A program made the position numbers and the translations under genes. The notes beneath the pieces were generated by a model that made no database searches, was not told the DNA's origin, and saw nothing but the letters and a program-made list of their open reading frames with translations. Source: Verrucomicrobiota bacterium (GTDB lineage Bacteria; Verrucomicrobiota; Verrucomicrobiia; Limisphaerales; UBA11358). From it: a stretch of DNA of 64,000 bases. Numbering within the stretch: position 1 is the first letter of the stretch; every line of letters starts with the position of its first letter. The stretch lies in NCBI GenBank assembly GCA_049517655.1, contig JBEKRQ010000003.1, positions 132,906 to 196,905 of the forward strand, written 5' to 3'. Shown piece after piece: positions 41,991 through 54,465 of this stretch.

Positions 41991-43001
41991 CTAATTGCGC
42001 GTGATGATGACATTCCCGCCATCGGGCACGACGTCGAACATGACATACTTTTTCGAGGCGACATCAACGATTTGCGCGTTGACCGGTTTGTTGTTCTGTG
42101 AAACGGCGGCTGACAGCCAATTCTCCGGCAACGGCCTGCGCAACGTAATTGGATAGTTAAAAATCGTGTCATCGAGATTATCGGTTACCTGAAGGGTGAT
42201 GCTGTCGTTGCCTGCGGCGGTTTCCCTGACCGATGCCGCGTTGCGCTCGAGGATGTAACGGGCGACGTTGCCGAATGTTTCCACCCAGAATTTATCCTTG
42301 TTGGCGCTCAAATAATCAATGCTGCCTTGCAGTGTCGCGGTCGTAATGGGCGAATAACCTCCGTCGTTGTCGATGCCATGAATCAGATACACGCACCAAC
42401 GTTTTGTGGCGGCGGTTTGATTCGCTTTGTTATTGAAATCCTGCGCGGTCTTCACCGCGCCCTGCGTGCCGCAAACGAACGAGCTTATTTCCATGAAGTT
42501 CGCGGGGTTGGCAGGCACCAATTGCCCCGAGCATGTCCGCGCGGCGATGTAATATTGCGAAACGAGCGAATCGTTACCGGGCACGCAATACGGGTAGGCC
42601 ATGGTAACGCATTTTTGGCCGGGGATGTTCGTGCTGATTGCGTCCTTGGAATCCTTGAGTTCTGTTGCCTGCTGTGAGTCCGGCAATTTCCCAAAATTGG
42701 CATGTGTCACGGTGTGACTGGCGATTTCGTGTCCCTTGGCTGCGGCGGCTTGCAGTTTTGACCATCCGGGAAACATGGAATTACCAGTCACGGTGAACAG
42801 CGTCAGCTTGAAACCTTTCTGATCGAACATCGGTATCGCCACGGTAAATTGGTTCGAGCAACCGTCATCGAACGTGTAGGAAATCGCCGCCGGCCGGAAC
42901 CCACGCCATGTTCCTACCTCATACGGCGACGCAATCGAACCGGCCAGGCTGGCTGAAGCGATGAATGTCATGATGAAAAAAAAGAGGACAGATGTTTTCA
43001 T
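41991..43001 (-). CDS. polysaccharide deacetylase (CE4/NodB-like), secreted
   Basis: Signal peptide, then ISYTFDDG...GHEIASHTVTH. Confidence 0.8.
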   Translation of the reverse strand: MKTSVLFFFIMTFIASASLAGSIASPYEVGTWRGFRPAAISYTFDDGCSNQFTVAIPMFDQKGFKLTLFTVTGNSMFPGWSKLQAAAAKGHEIASHTVTHANFGKLPDSQQATELKDSKDAISTNIPGQKCVTMAYPYCVPGNDSLVSQYYIAARTCSGQLVPANPANFMEISSFVCGTQGAVKTAQDFNNKANQTAATKRWCVYLIHGIDNDGGYSPITTATLQGSIDYLSANKDKFWVETFGNVARYILERNAASVRETAAGNDSITLQVTDNLDDTIFNYPITLRRPLPENWLSAAVSQNNKPVNAQIVDVASKKYVMFDVVPDGGNVIITRN

Positions 43002-43048
43002 AAATGTATCTTTCCTGAATTATTGCCATAATGTTGCGAGATAACAAG

Positions 43049-43114
43049 CATCCGCAGATGACGCAGATTGCGCAGAAAAAACAAATCAGCGAAATCTGTG
43101 GAATCTGCGGATAA
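43049..43114. repeat. ATCTGYGG-family palindromic element
   Basis: catccgcagatgacgcagattgcgcag ... cgaaatctgtggaatctgcggataaa. Confidence 0.8.
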
Positions 43115-43201
43115 AGAAAGCTTAGTGTCTTTGTGTCTTCGTGGTTATTCCTTTGGGTTATTCGCTCGAATTGGCGTTCATGGCAGGTTAAATTAATTTG
43201 C

Positions 43202-43567
43202 ATGTTGTTGGTCACGTCGGACAAGTCGAAGCAGTTGCTGTATTTGAGTTACATAGGGCAAGTGCGGCTGGATGAGCTTCAGCGCGCTGAAAAGGATTTG
43301 ACGATGCAAATGGGGGAATTGTCACCGGGCTTTCGAGTGCTGGCGGATTTCAGCCGGGTTGAGTCCATTGGATTGGATTGCGCGCCTGAACTCGGCCGGC
43401 TGATGGATTTGATTGGGCAAGCGGGTGTGGGCTTGGTGGTGCGAGTCATTCCGGATCTGGGAAAGGACATCGGGTTGAACATCCTGACGGTTATTCATTA
43501 CCCGCAACAACTGCAGGTGATTACTTGCAAAAGCGTGGCCGAGGCAATCAAAGCGCTGGCACTTTAA
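43202..43567 (+). CDS. hypothetical protein (possibly STAS-like)
   Basis: 121 aa from the ATG at 43202. The fold assignment is a weak impression only. Confidence 0.45.
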   Translation: MLLVTSDKSKQLLYLSYIGQVRLDELQRAEKDLTMQMGELSPGFRVLADFSRVESIGLDCAPELGRLMDLIGQAGVGLVVRVIPDLGKDIGLNILTVIHYPQQLQVITCKSVAEAIKALAL

Positions 43568-43761
43568 TTTTTGGTTCGCGCGAAGGCCGCGATGGTTGCA
43601 AAGGATTTAAAGAATAATTTTCCCTTTGTGCGCTTCGCGCTCCCCGCCTCGGCGCAGCCAACGGTGAAGCCTGGGTTCGCGCGAAAACATTTTTTAATAC
43701 AAGGACGCGAAGGCGCAAAGAAAGGCTTGTTTTCCGCCACTTTTAAGGCGATAATTCCATC

Positions 43762-43968
43762 ATGGAAATTGTCTTCACCGTGACGCAGGAAAGCGATGGC
43801 GGTTATGTCGCTGAATGTCTTTCGCATGACATTTTCACGCAAGGCAACACGTGGGAGGAATTGCGCGCCAATGTGCGCGAGGCTGTGTCGGCATTTTTTT
43901 TCGACCAGCCCAAGCCCGCCGCCGTGCGGCTGCATCTGGTGCGGGATGAACTTCTGGCCAACGCATGA
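43762..43968 (+). CDS. hicB: HicB-family antitoxin
   Basis: MEIVFTVTQESDGGYVAECLSHDIFTQGNTWEELRANVREA is UPF0150/HicB-like. 4-nt overlap with the next gene. Confidence 0.75.
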   Translation: MEIVFTVTQESDGGYVAECLSHDIFTQGNTWEELRANVREAVSAFFFDQPKPAAVRLHLVRDELLANA

Positions 43969-44204
43969 AACTACCGCGCGATTTGAGCGGCGCGGAGTTA
44001 ATCAAGCTGCTCTGCAAGCATCATGGTTATCGCCGGGTCAATCAGGAGGGCAGCCATGTGATTCTGGAGACGAATTCACCGCGACACCATCGGCTTGCGG
44101 TTCCCGACCACAATCCACTGCGCATCGGGACACTCGGCGCCATTCTCCGTGCCGTGGCGGAAGTCAAGGGCGTGCAAAGGGAAGACATCCTTAATCCGCC
44201 TTAA
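43965..44204 (+). CDS. hicA: HicA-family mRNA interferase toxin
   Basis: LSGAELIKLLCKHHGYRRVNQEGSHVIL...RLAVPDHNPLRIGTL is YcfA/HicA-like. Confidence 0.72.
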   Translation: MKLPRDLSGAELIKLLCKHHGYRRVNQEGSHVILETNSPRHHRLAVPDHNPLRIGTLGAILRAVAEVKGVQREDILNPP

Positions 44205-44205
44205 C

Positions 44206-44300
44206 TGGGAGGGACGGCATGTTGCCGTCCTTGATATTTGGGACGCGAACATCGTGTCCCTCCCGAATTACGCGGCTCGCTTGGGACAGCGAGCCCTACC
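44206..44300. repeat. GGGACGG/GGTAGGG-type compound palindromic element (intergenic)
   Basis: tgggagggacggca-tgt-tgccgtcc ... gggacgcga-aca-tcgtgtccctccc ... ggctcgct-tgggac-agcgagccctacc. Confidence 0.8.
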
Positions 44301-44488
44301 TTCAAAGACGCTCTGCGCCTCTGCGTCTTCCGCCTCCGCCAAAGCTTCCGCCTTCATCTGATTTCGGCGAGACAAGCCGGCTGCCAGGCTGCGAACTTCA
44401 TGAAGCCGCCCTGGTACCATTATGAAAACAGGAGGCCCGCGCCTCGCTGTCGGTTGCGAAATTTACTGGCGACGGAGTCTCTCTAGAA

Positions 44489-47101
44489 CTACTTGATCAA
44501 CCGGTAAAACGTGGCGGCTGGAGTTGGCGTGTTGGTGATGATGTTAAGGCCACCCACGACTGACGGAGAGCCCGGTACAGCGGTCCAGATTGACCCAGCG
44601 GACAAATTATGCGTTTCCTCCAAGGAGAACCCCCCCGGAGCCACAGGCCAGGAAATCACGACCGAACCGCCCGAACCCGCAATGCCTAGTCCTGGCGCAT
44701 TGAGCACGTTGAAGGGAACGCTTTGACCGGAGTGTCCAGGAATGCTGGATTGAAGGGTCACGTTGGCCGCAGGCTGGAGCACTGCAAGATGGCCGGCCCA
44801 GACACCATTGGTGAAGTTTCCGGACACGGCAGGGCTGACCGGGACAGACACGACATTGGTGCCATACCGCAAATCAACATAATACGTAACACCGTCCTCA
44901 GAGTTGGGAAAAACATCTCCCGATCCCCACCAGTAGGCATTGATGGTTCCATTCGTAAACGTTGCCTGCAGGGTATCGTCAAAATAGGCGGTCCAGTTCA
45001 CGCCACTTCCGTGGACCCCTATCCTGTAGGTGATGCCGGCGAGCAACACGACGGAATTTGTCAAGGGCGTCTCCACCCAGGTGCCTGGAACACTCGTAAC
45101 ATTTTGGGATGCGAGCAGAACCCCATTGTCTGTCCAGAGCGAGACCTTGTCCCCGAAATAGTAGCGGAAGCTGGTCACCACCAGGTTGGTGCTGGGCGTG
45201 AATGAATAGCCCAGGGTATACTCAATACCACCGGTGAAAGAATCTGGCTGTACCGGAGGACCCAAGACGGTATTGGTGGCCGGGGCCGTGCCCGGCGCCC
45301 AGGCGCCGATGGTGACGGGCAGCATGTAGTTCACTCGATAATTGTTGATGTCCTGTGCGGTGATATTGGTGACTTGGAACGGTTGGGCTACGAATTGAGG
45401 CGAGGGCACGACGCTCCATACAAAATGGTCAGGCGGGGGATTGTTATCAAGGATCGTCATGGAAGCGGATCCATCGGTCCACCTCGGAACGTGCGCGGTC
45501 ACGGTGACGATCTGTGGCCCGTCAATCAGAGTGTTGCCCGGAACCGTGACATTGAACACAGCCGACGTTTGGCCCGTGGGAATGACGACGGTGGACGGAA
45601 CAACCAACTTTGAAGTGTCACTGGAAGCAAGATTGACGGTGTAATTTGCCGCCACGACCGAAGATGCGCTCACGTGGCCGGCGTTGACCAATGTCCCGGC
45701 GCCTTTTGTAGCGGTCGCGGGGAGTGTTACCGTCAATGTCGCTGTGTGGATGTTGGAAACCAGAATCATGGACTGCCTCGTGCCGTAACCGATGGCCACG
45801 GCGGTGATGGTGGCGCTTTGATCCCCGTCCAAGAGCCCGTCGTCAACGATGGTCAGGTCAAAAGAGACGGCGTTGGTTTGCCCGGTGGGAATGACCACAC
45901 TGGCGGGCACTGTCACTTTGTTGGTGTTGCTCGAGGTCAAATTGACAACCAGATCGTTGGTTGGAGCCGGATTGATCGTGATACCGCCCTGACCGGCGAG
46001 CACCCCCTGGCCTTCGATGGCCGTTGGAGGAATGACCAACTGAAAGTTGGAGCCCGGCACAACGATTTTGGCGATGGTCACGTCCCCGCCATTGGGTACC
46101 ACGTCGAACATGACGTACAACTGCGAATTGTTCGTAACAATCTGTGTCGGGACAGTCGCACCGTTCTGCGTGACGGCGGCCCAGGTCCAATTGGTCGGCA
46201 GCGGCCGGCGGAGGGTGATGGGATAGTTGAAAATCGAGTTGTTGAGATTGTTGGTGACCTGAAGGGTAATGCTGCTGCCTGTATTGGCGGTTTCCGTGAC
46301 CGACGACGCATTGCGCTCTTGTATATAACGAACGACGTTGCCGAAGGTTTCCACCCAGAATGTGTTCTGGTTGGTGCTGAAAAAATTGACGCTTGCTTGC
46401 AGTGTCGCACTTGGAAGCGGCGAATAGTCATCGTTAATGTCAATCGAATGAATGAGATACACGCACCATCCGCCCGAAGCGATGGCACTGTTGGCTGTGT
46501 TCGTAAAATCCTGGAGTGTCTGCACCGATCCAGAGTTACCGCAAATGAACGAGCTTATTTGCATGAAATCCGGGGGAGTGCTTGGAACGACTTGTTGCGA
46601 GCAAGTCCGCGCGCCAATGTAGTATTGGGCTACGAGTGCTTCATTGGTGGGAACGGCGCAATTGGGATATGCCAGGGTCACGCAGAGCTGATTAGTTATA
46701 TAGGAATTGATGGTACTCTGGGAATTCGCCAGTTCGTTCGTCAATTGCGTAGGCGATACTCCGTTAAGGCTGGGATGCGTCACGGTATGGCTGCCAATTT
46801 CGTCTCCATACGACGCTGCGGTTTGTGCCATTGACCATGTAAAAGTGGTCCAGTAATTAATAACAGTGAATAATGTTATCTTGAAACCCGCCTGGTGAAA
46901 CATCGGAACCGCTATGCTATACTGATTGGGCACGTTATCATCAAAGGTGTAGGAAATTGCCGCCGGGCGGAATCCCTCCCACGTTCCAATTTCGTACGGA
47001 GCCGCTATCGAACCGGCACGGCTGACTAGGGCGGTGGACGCCATCATCAAGAAAACAACTACCGGTGAGATGAAAAAGGAATTTACGAAAGGCTTTTTCA
47101 T
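44489..47101 (-). CDS. large secreted polysaccharide deacetylase (CE4) with repeated beta-sandwich domains and a DUF4082-like region
   Basis: The N-terminal ~330 aa are paralogous to 41991..43001 (ISYTFDDN...GDEIGSHTVTH). Two tandem ~100-aa repeats follow (VVIPTGQT..V.F...V), then a C-terminal extension. Confidence 0.75.
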   Translation of the reverse strand: MKKPFVNSFFISPVVVFLMMASTALVSRAGSIAAPYEIGTWEGFRPAAISYTFDDNVPNQYSIAVPMFHQAGFKITLFTVINYWTTFTWSMAQTAASYGDEIGSHTVTHPSLNGVSPTQLTNELANSQSTINSYITNQLCVTLAYPNCAVPTNEALVAQYYIGARTCSQQVVPSTPPDFMQISSFICGNSGSVQTLQDFTNTANSAIASGGWCVYLIHSIDINDDYSPLPSATLQASVNFFSTNQNTFWVETFGNVVRYIQERNASSVTETANTGSSITLQVTNNLNNSIFNYPITLRRPLPTNWTWAAVTQNGATVPTQIVTNNSQLYVMFDVVPNGGDVTIAKIVVPGSNFQLVIPPTAIEGQGVLAGQGGITINPAPTNDLVVNLTSSNTNKVTVPASVVIPTGQTNAVSFDLTIVDDGLLDGDQSATITAVAIGYGTRQSMILVSNIHTATLTVTLPATATKGAGTLVNAGHVSASSVVAANYTVNLASSDTSKLVVPSTVVIPTGQTSAVFNVTVPGNTLIDGPQIVTVTAHVPRWTDGSASMTILDNNPPPDHFVWSVVPSPQFVAQPFQVTNITAQDINNYRVNYMLPVTIGAWAPGTAPATNTVLGPPVQPDSFTGGIEYTLGYSFTPSTNLVVTSFRYYFGDKVSLWTDNGVLLASQNVTSVPGTWVETPLTNSVVLLAGITYRIGVHGSGVNWTAYFDDTLQATFTNGTINAYWWGSGDVFPNSEDGVTYYVDLRYGTNVVSVPVSPAVSGNFTNGVWAGHLAVLQPAANVTLQSSIPGHSGQSVPFNVLNAPGLGIAGSGGSVVISWPVAPGGFSLEETHNLSAGSIWTAVPGSPSVVGGLNIITNTPTPAATFYRLIK

Positions 47102-47263
47102 AAAGGAATGCGAGATGATAAATCCTGCAGGTGTTCAGGGCAAGCAAAAAACCTGATGAAAACCGAAAAAACAGTAGCGATCTTGATGGGTAATTTCCCG
47201 GAAACGGTGGCGGCGGGCGGTTTCCGGCCTTGCATAACCGCTGCGGGTCACAAACCCGCGCTC

Positions 47264-49360
<2,097 letters not shown>

Positions 49361-49938
49361 TTAGCCATATGCGAATCAAAAGGAAAGCAGGGTAGGGCTG
49401 CGCTGCCGCGCAGCCTAAATTCCGCAGTTGATTTAGCCGCAAGAGAACACAGAAATCACAAAGAGAAGAACCCAATCCGCTCCATCACCAAGGTTTATGT
49501 TCACCTGCCAGGTGAAGCCGTTGGCAGATAACCATTCGATGGATCCCATTTCTTATGTGTTCTTTGCGTTCTTTCATGGCCATTCCAATTGCGCTTTTTA
49601 GGATAATTTTAAGCTCCAGCGGAGCGCCATCTTCTGCAAGGAGGGAGAATATATCGCCCCGACGGGGCTTTGTGTTTTTGGTTTTACAACTACAAAGATG
49701 TCGCGCCTACGGCGCTTGAACCCGCAACTACCCAAACCCTCATCCGGCCTACGGCCACATGGACTTGCTCACGCCCGTTCGCTCGGCCTTGCGGCCTTCG
49801 GCTGTGCCGAATTCTTTTCGCCGCTTCCCAAGCGGTTCAAATCTCCCATCCGATGGGAGAAGGAATATTTTTTGGAATGTTTTACCCACGGTTAAAACCG
49901 TGGGCTATTTTCTTTCCGCCATTACATGGCTTGTGTTG

Positions 49939-49970
49939 AAATCTGCGTCAATCAGCGCAATCTGCGGATA
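49939..49970. repeat. ATCTGYGG-family half element
   Basis: aaatctgcgtcaatcagcgcaatctgcggata. Confidence 0.7.
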
Positions 49971-50042
49971 GAGCGCCTTGGCGTCTTGGCGTGAGATTAA
50001 AAACCTTTTTGACCGGCTGGCGATACGGTTTAACGTAAGCGC

Positions 50043-50903
50043 GTGCGGAAGAACCTGGCCAGTGCGTTTCAGTTGTTCGGGGAGCAAAGCCTCCGGACTG
50101 CGGCGTTGCCGAAATCTTACACGGATTTGCTGGGGCGAAAGTTGTTCCTGTTTTTGCTGACGGTGCAGGGACTGGGCGCATTTGCGTTGATTACGCTGGG
50201 TGTCATGTTGAAAAAAACCCGCGTGGCGCGGAATGTGATCTGGCCCCGGATCCGGCAGGAAATCGTCCGCGCCGGGGTGGGATTGCTGCCGATGTTTTTG
50301 TTTGTGGCGTTTGCGCTGGGATTTCTCGTCATCGGACAGGCGGTATCGGCTTTGGCGCGCGTCGGGGCGACCCAGTATCTCGGCTCGACGATGGTGATTG
50401 TGGTGGTGCGCGAACTGGGGCCGTTGCTGGCGGCGATGCTGGTGCTGACGCGCGTGGGCACGGCGAACGTGATTGAGCTGGGCACGGCACGCGCGACGGG
50501 CGAGGTCGAGGCACTGGAGGCGCTCGGCATTGATCCGGTGCATTATCTGATTGTGCCGCGTGTGGTGGGAATGGCGGTGGGAGTTTTTGCGCTGACGATT
50601 TATTTAATCATCGGCGCGCTGGCGAGCGGGTATTTGTGGGCGTTCTTGCAGGATGTCCCGTTGACGCCGGGGACTTATTTCAAGGAACTGACCGAGGCAT
50701 TGGGCTGGCTGGATTTCGCGTTGCTGGCGTTGAAAACAATCGCATTCGGATTTTTCATCGCGATTGTGACGTGTTATCACGGGCTGGCGCAGCCGTTGCG
50801 GTTGACTCAAGTTTCGCAGGTGGCGGTGCGCGCAGTGACGCAAGGCATCATCGTGTGCGTGCTGATTGACGCGTTGTTCATCCTGCTTTATCTCGTCGCA
50901 TGA
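50043..50903 (+). CDS. MlaE-family ABC transporter permease
   Basis: Multi-TM protein with VVRELGPLLAAMLV and ALGIDP motifs typical of MlaE/YrbE. GTG start. Confidence 0.8.
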   Translation: MRKNLASAFQLFGEQSLRTAALPKSYTDLLGRKLFLFLLTVQGLGAFALITLGVMLKKTRVARNVIWPRIRQEIVRAGVGLLPMFLFVAFALGFLVIGQAVSALARVGATQYLGSTMVIVVVRELGPLLAAMLVLTRVGTANVIELGTARATGEVEALEALGIDPVHYLIVPRVVGMAVGVFALTIYLIIGALASGYLWAFLQDVPLTPGTYFKELTEALGWLDFALLALKTIAFGFFIAIVTCYHGLAQPLRLTQVSQVAVRAVTQGIIVCVLIDALFILLYLVA

Positions 50904-51688
50904 GTGAAAACCCGGACATGAAGGTGTTGGAAATGCGTGATGTCGCCGTCGGGACGATGCACAACCTGGAAAAGGTCGTGGTCGAAGGAGTGAATTGGAC
51001 GGTCGCGGCGGGTGAATTCTGGGTGATTGCCGGCGAACAACATTCGGGGAAGACTGATTTTCTCATGACGGTGGCCGGGTTGATGGCGCCAGTGAGGGGC
51101 AGTTACTGTTTTTTCGGGAACGAAGTGCGGCTGTTTGACGAGACGCGACTGGCGGAGCGGTTGCGGGTGGGATTTGTTTTTGAAGGCGGGCAGTTGTTCC
51201 ACCATCTCACGCTCGGACGGAATGTGGCGTTGCCGTTGCAATATCACCGCGATTTGACGGATGACGCGGCGGACCGCGAGGCGCAACCGCTGCTGGAACT
51301 GATGGAATTGTCGCCGCTGGCCGGCGCGTCGCCGGCGGGCGTAAGCCGCAACTGGCTCAAGCGCGCGGGTCTGGCACGGGCTTTGATGTTGAAACCGGAC
51401 GTGTTGTTGTTGGACAATCCGTTGCGCGGACTCGACACGCGGCACGCCAGATGGTGGCTGGATTTTCTCGACGGTCTGTGCCGCGGCCATAAGTGGTTGA
51501 ACGGCCGGCCGCTGACCGTGGTGGCAACGGCGGATGATTTGTCCCGCTTTGCGGGATGGCGGGATGATGCGCGGCGTTTCGCGCTGTTGCAGAACAAACT
51601 CTTCCGCCTGCTTGGATCGTGGAATGAAATGGAGTCGGCCACCGACCCGGCTGTGAGGGAATTGCTGGGCGCGCCGCATTCAGACTGA
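50900..51688 (+). CDS. ABC transporter ATP-binding protein (MlaF-like, degenerate motifs)
   Basis: Walker A GEQHSGKT. VSRNW occupies the signature position, and Walker B reads LLLDNP instead of LLLDEP. 4-nt overlap with the permease gene. Confidence 0.7.
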   Translation: MSENPDMKVLEMRDVAVGTMHNLEKVVVEGVNWTVAAGEFWVIAGEQHSGKTDFLMTVAGLMAPVRGSYCFFGNEVRLFDETRLAERLRVGFVFEGGQLFHHLTLGRNVALPLQYHRDLTDDAADREAQPLLELMELSPLAGASPAGVSRNWLKRAGLARALMLKPDVLLLDNPLRGLDTRHARWWLDFLDGLCRGHKWLNGRPLTVVATADDLSRFAGWRDDARRFALLQNKLFRLLGSWNEMESATDPAVRELLGAPHSD

Positions 51689-51705
51689 AATCGCAAAAGA
51701 TTTTT

Positions 51706-52896
51706 ATGGCACTGCAAGATTTGACACCGCAATTGCGAACACGCTTGAGCCGCATGGAACGCGCGGTGGGCTGGTTCGTGTTTCTGGCGACAGCGCTGCT
51801 GCTGTTCGGCTTCGGCTATTACATCTACCACACGGCGGACCGCAAAGGCTGGTTCGTCATCAAGGCGAAGTTTCATACCTACGTCCAAAGCTCGGCCGGG
51901 TTGAATACCGGGGATCCGGTGGTGATGATGGGCTTTCCCGTTGGCCAAATTACACTAATCCACGCGATGCCGCCGGGCGACACGCGCAATGTCCGGGTGG
52001 AATTTGAAGTCCGCGACCCGTATTTCCGCTATATCTGGTCGGAAGGATCCTTTGTAAAGGTGAACGCGGCCGACTTTCTCGGCAAACGGGAGATTGAAAT
52101 CACGCGCGGCACGAACGGCCCCGCAATCTGCGTCACACAGCCGGGTTCCGTGAAGACTATTGCTGAACTGGAACAACTCGTCGCCACGGAAACGAACCAC
52201 TGGCAGCTTTATCAGGATGTCTTCGACGAAAATTCCAACCTGGTTTTCGCCGTTTATACGATGCTGGACGCGACAAATCTGCAGCGCATCGCGGAATTGA
52301 AGCCCGATTCCATCTACGCCTACAATAACACCGTCAACCGCAACCGCATCGTGGCGTCATGGCACCGGCGGTCGCATCGTTACGAAAATTTCAAATCCGA
52401 TTCCGACGACTCCCGGCTACGCGCCGTCGAATCCCCCGCTGTTACCGAGCGTTTGGAGCAGGTCATTGCGCAGGTGGAACTGGCGTTGCCGAATATTCTC
52501 GCCCTGACGAATCAAATCGCCACGGTGTTGGATAACACGGCAAATGCCACGTCGAATCTCAACGTCACCCTCGTCGAAGCGCGGCCCATGGTGACGAATT
52601 TCTCCATCATCAGCGAGCAATTACGCGAGCCGGGCGGTCTCGGCGTTTGGGCGCTCGGCACGAATGGCAATCAACAGGTGCAGGGGAGTTTGACGAATGT
52701 GGATGCGCTGCTCACACATCTTGCCGACATCACAAGCAATCTCAACGCTCAGGTGCAGGCCAACTCGAACATGCTGGGCGGGATTTCAAAAGCGGTGGCC
52801 GATTCCGACGATTTCGTTCAAGGCTTGAAACGGCATTGGCTGCTTCGCTCGGCGTTCAAAACAAAAACCAACGCGCCACCGGTAAAAGGAAAGTGA
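51706..52896 (+). CDS. MlaD/MCE-domain protein
   Basis: N-terminal TM segment, then an MCE core (GLNTGDPVVMMGFPVGQI). Confidence 0.72.
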   Translation: MALQDLTPQLRTRLSRMERAVGWFVFLATALLLFGFGYYIYHTADRKGWFVIKAKFHTYVQSSAGLNTGDPVVMMGFPVGQITLIHAMPPGDTRNVRVEFEVRDPYFRYIWSEGSFVKVNAADFLGKREIEITRGTNGPAICVTQPGSVKTIAELEQLVATETNHWQLYQDVFDENSNLVFAVYTMLDATNLQRIAELKPDSIYAYNNTVNRNRIVASWHRRSHRYENFKSDSDDSRLRAVESPAVTERLEQVIAQVELALPNILALTNQIATVLDNTANATSNLNVTLVEARPMVTNFSIISEQLREPGGLGVWALGTNGNQQVQGSLTNVDALLTHLADITSNLNAQVQANSNMLGGISKAVADSDDFVQGLKRHWLLRSAFKTKTNAPPVKGK

Positions 52897-52897
52897 T

Positions 52898-53527
52898 TCA
52901 GGCGGGTTGCCCCAGAAACCGGCGCAGGCGGTTGAGCATCGTCCTGGCGAAGTGTTCGTAGTGCGCGAGCGGGCGGCCGTAGGTTTTGATTTCGTCAATC
53001 GTGGCCAGCGTCATGCAGAAATCGAGGTCATGAAAGCCGCGCCCGCGTTTGACACGCCGCAGCCAGCGGCTTAAGTCAGTGATTTCCTCGATTTCGTCGT
53101 CGAGCCCGGGATGAAATGACATGTTCCATTCGTTCCGGCACAGATAACCTTCGCTTTCATCCTTCGCGTCAAACCACGAATCGCACAGCAAAACACAGAC
53201 GGATTGGCCGCGATCCCGCATGGCGTGACCGAGCCGGTAAAACACGATGCGCGCGCCGGATTCGGAGAAGTGGTCGAACGCGATATTGAGCGCATCATCG
53301 GATGGGGTCGTGAATTTGGTTTGAAAGCCCAAATGAAAACCACCCTGCGCACCGAGCTCTTTTTCGAAGCAAAGATTTTCCTCAAAAATCCAGAGCAGAT
53401 TGGTCGAAAGGTCGCGCTCGGCCAGCAGTTTTTTCCAGATGTCAATGGCTTTGTCCAGAGTTGGACGATTGGACGGCGTGGATGGGTTCATTGGCGGTAG
53501 TATTAACCATGGCCATGGCGAAACCAA
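52898..53527 (-). CDS. hypothetical protein
   Basis: 209-aa ORF (alternative ATG at 53491). No family recognised. Confidence 0.45.
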   Translation of the reverse strand: MVSPWPWLILPPMNPSTPSNRPTLDKAIDIWKKLLAERDLSTNLLWIFEENLCFEKELGAQGGFHLGFQTKFTTPSDDALNIAFDHFSESGARIVFYRLGHAMRDRGQSVCVLLCDSWFDAKDESEGYLCRNEWNMSFHPGLDDEIEEITDLSRWLRRVKRGRGFHDLDFCMTLATIDEIKTYGRPLAHYEHFARTMLNRLRRFLGQPA

Positions 53528-54456
53528 TTCACAAATTGCGTGATACCCTGCTCGATTTTGACCTGCGGATTATAGCCAAGGTGGGCGTGTGCCTTCGAGA
53601 TGTCGGCGAAGGTGACGGGCACGTCGCCGGGCTGGACCGGCTGGCGGTCAATCACGGCTTTTCTGTCGAACGCGGCTTCGAGCAGTTCAATAATGCGGGT
53701 CAGCTTCACGGTTTGCGATTCGCCGAGGTTGAAAATTTCGTAACCGAATTCCTTTTTTGTGCAGGCGATGATGCCGTCGAGCGTGTCGGTGATGTAAGTA
53801 TAATCACGTTCCATGCTGCCGTCGCCAAAGACCGGGATCGGCTTGCCGGCGTAAATGAGCGTCGCGAATTTGCGGATGGCCAGGTCGGGTCGCTGGCGCG
53901 GGCCGTAAACAGTGAACAAGCGGAGCACTGCCACGTCCATGCCGTAAATGTGGTGATAAACATGGCCGAGCGCTTCGCACGCAAGCTTGCTGGCGGTATA
54001 GGGCGAAATGGCGGAAAAAACCGGGTCGCTTTCGCTGAACGGCACTTTGGAATTTACGCCGTAAACCGACGATGACGAGGCGATGATGATTTTTTTGACG
54101 CGGTTATTTCGCGCGGCTTCGAGCACATTGACCGTGCCTTCCACGTTGACCCGCTGGTAAAGGGCCGGGTCAAGGAAGCTCGGCCGCACCCCGGCGCGCG
54201 CGGCGAGATGGATGACCTGATCAAATTTGACGCTGCCAAACAGGGCGTCGAGCGCGGCGCGGTTGGTCAAGTCGCCGTGAACGAATTCAAACGGTTTGGC
54301 GAGTGATTTGATTTCACGCAGATTCTGGCGCTTGAGTTGCGGATCGTAAAAGTTGTTGAGGTCGTCGAACGCCCAGACAGCGTGGCCGTCGCTTAGCAAC
54401 CGCTCGCAAACGTGCGAGCCGATGAAGCCCGCGCCGCCGGTGACCAGAAAGTTCAT
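53503..54456 (-). CDS. NAD-dependent sugar-nucleotide epimerase/dehydratase (SDR family)
   Basis: MNFLVTGGAGFIGSH Rossmann motif and YxxxK (YTASKLACE). Confidence 0.85.
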   Translation of the reverse strand: MNFLVTGGAGFIGSHVCERLLSDGHAVWAFDDLNNFYDPQLKRQNLREIKSLAKPFEFVHGDLTNRAALDALFGSVKFDQVIHLAARAGVRPSFLDPALYQRVNVEGTVNVLEAARNNRVKKIIIASSSSVYGVNSKVPFSESDPVFSAISPYTASKLACEALGHVYHHIYGMDVAVLRLFTVYGPRQRPDLAIRKFATLIYAGKPIPVFGDGSMERDYTYITDTLDGIIACTKKEFGYEIFNLGESQTVKLTRIIELLEAAFDRKAVIDRQPVQPGDVPVTFADISKAHAHLGYNPQVKIEQGITQFVNWFRHGHG

Positions 54457-54465
54457 GGCCAGACG

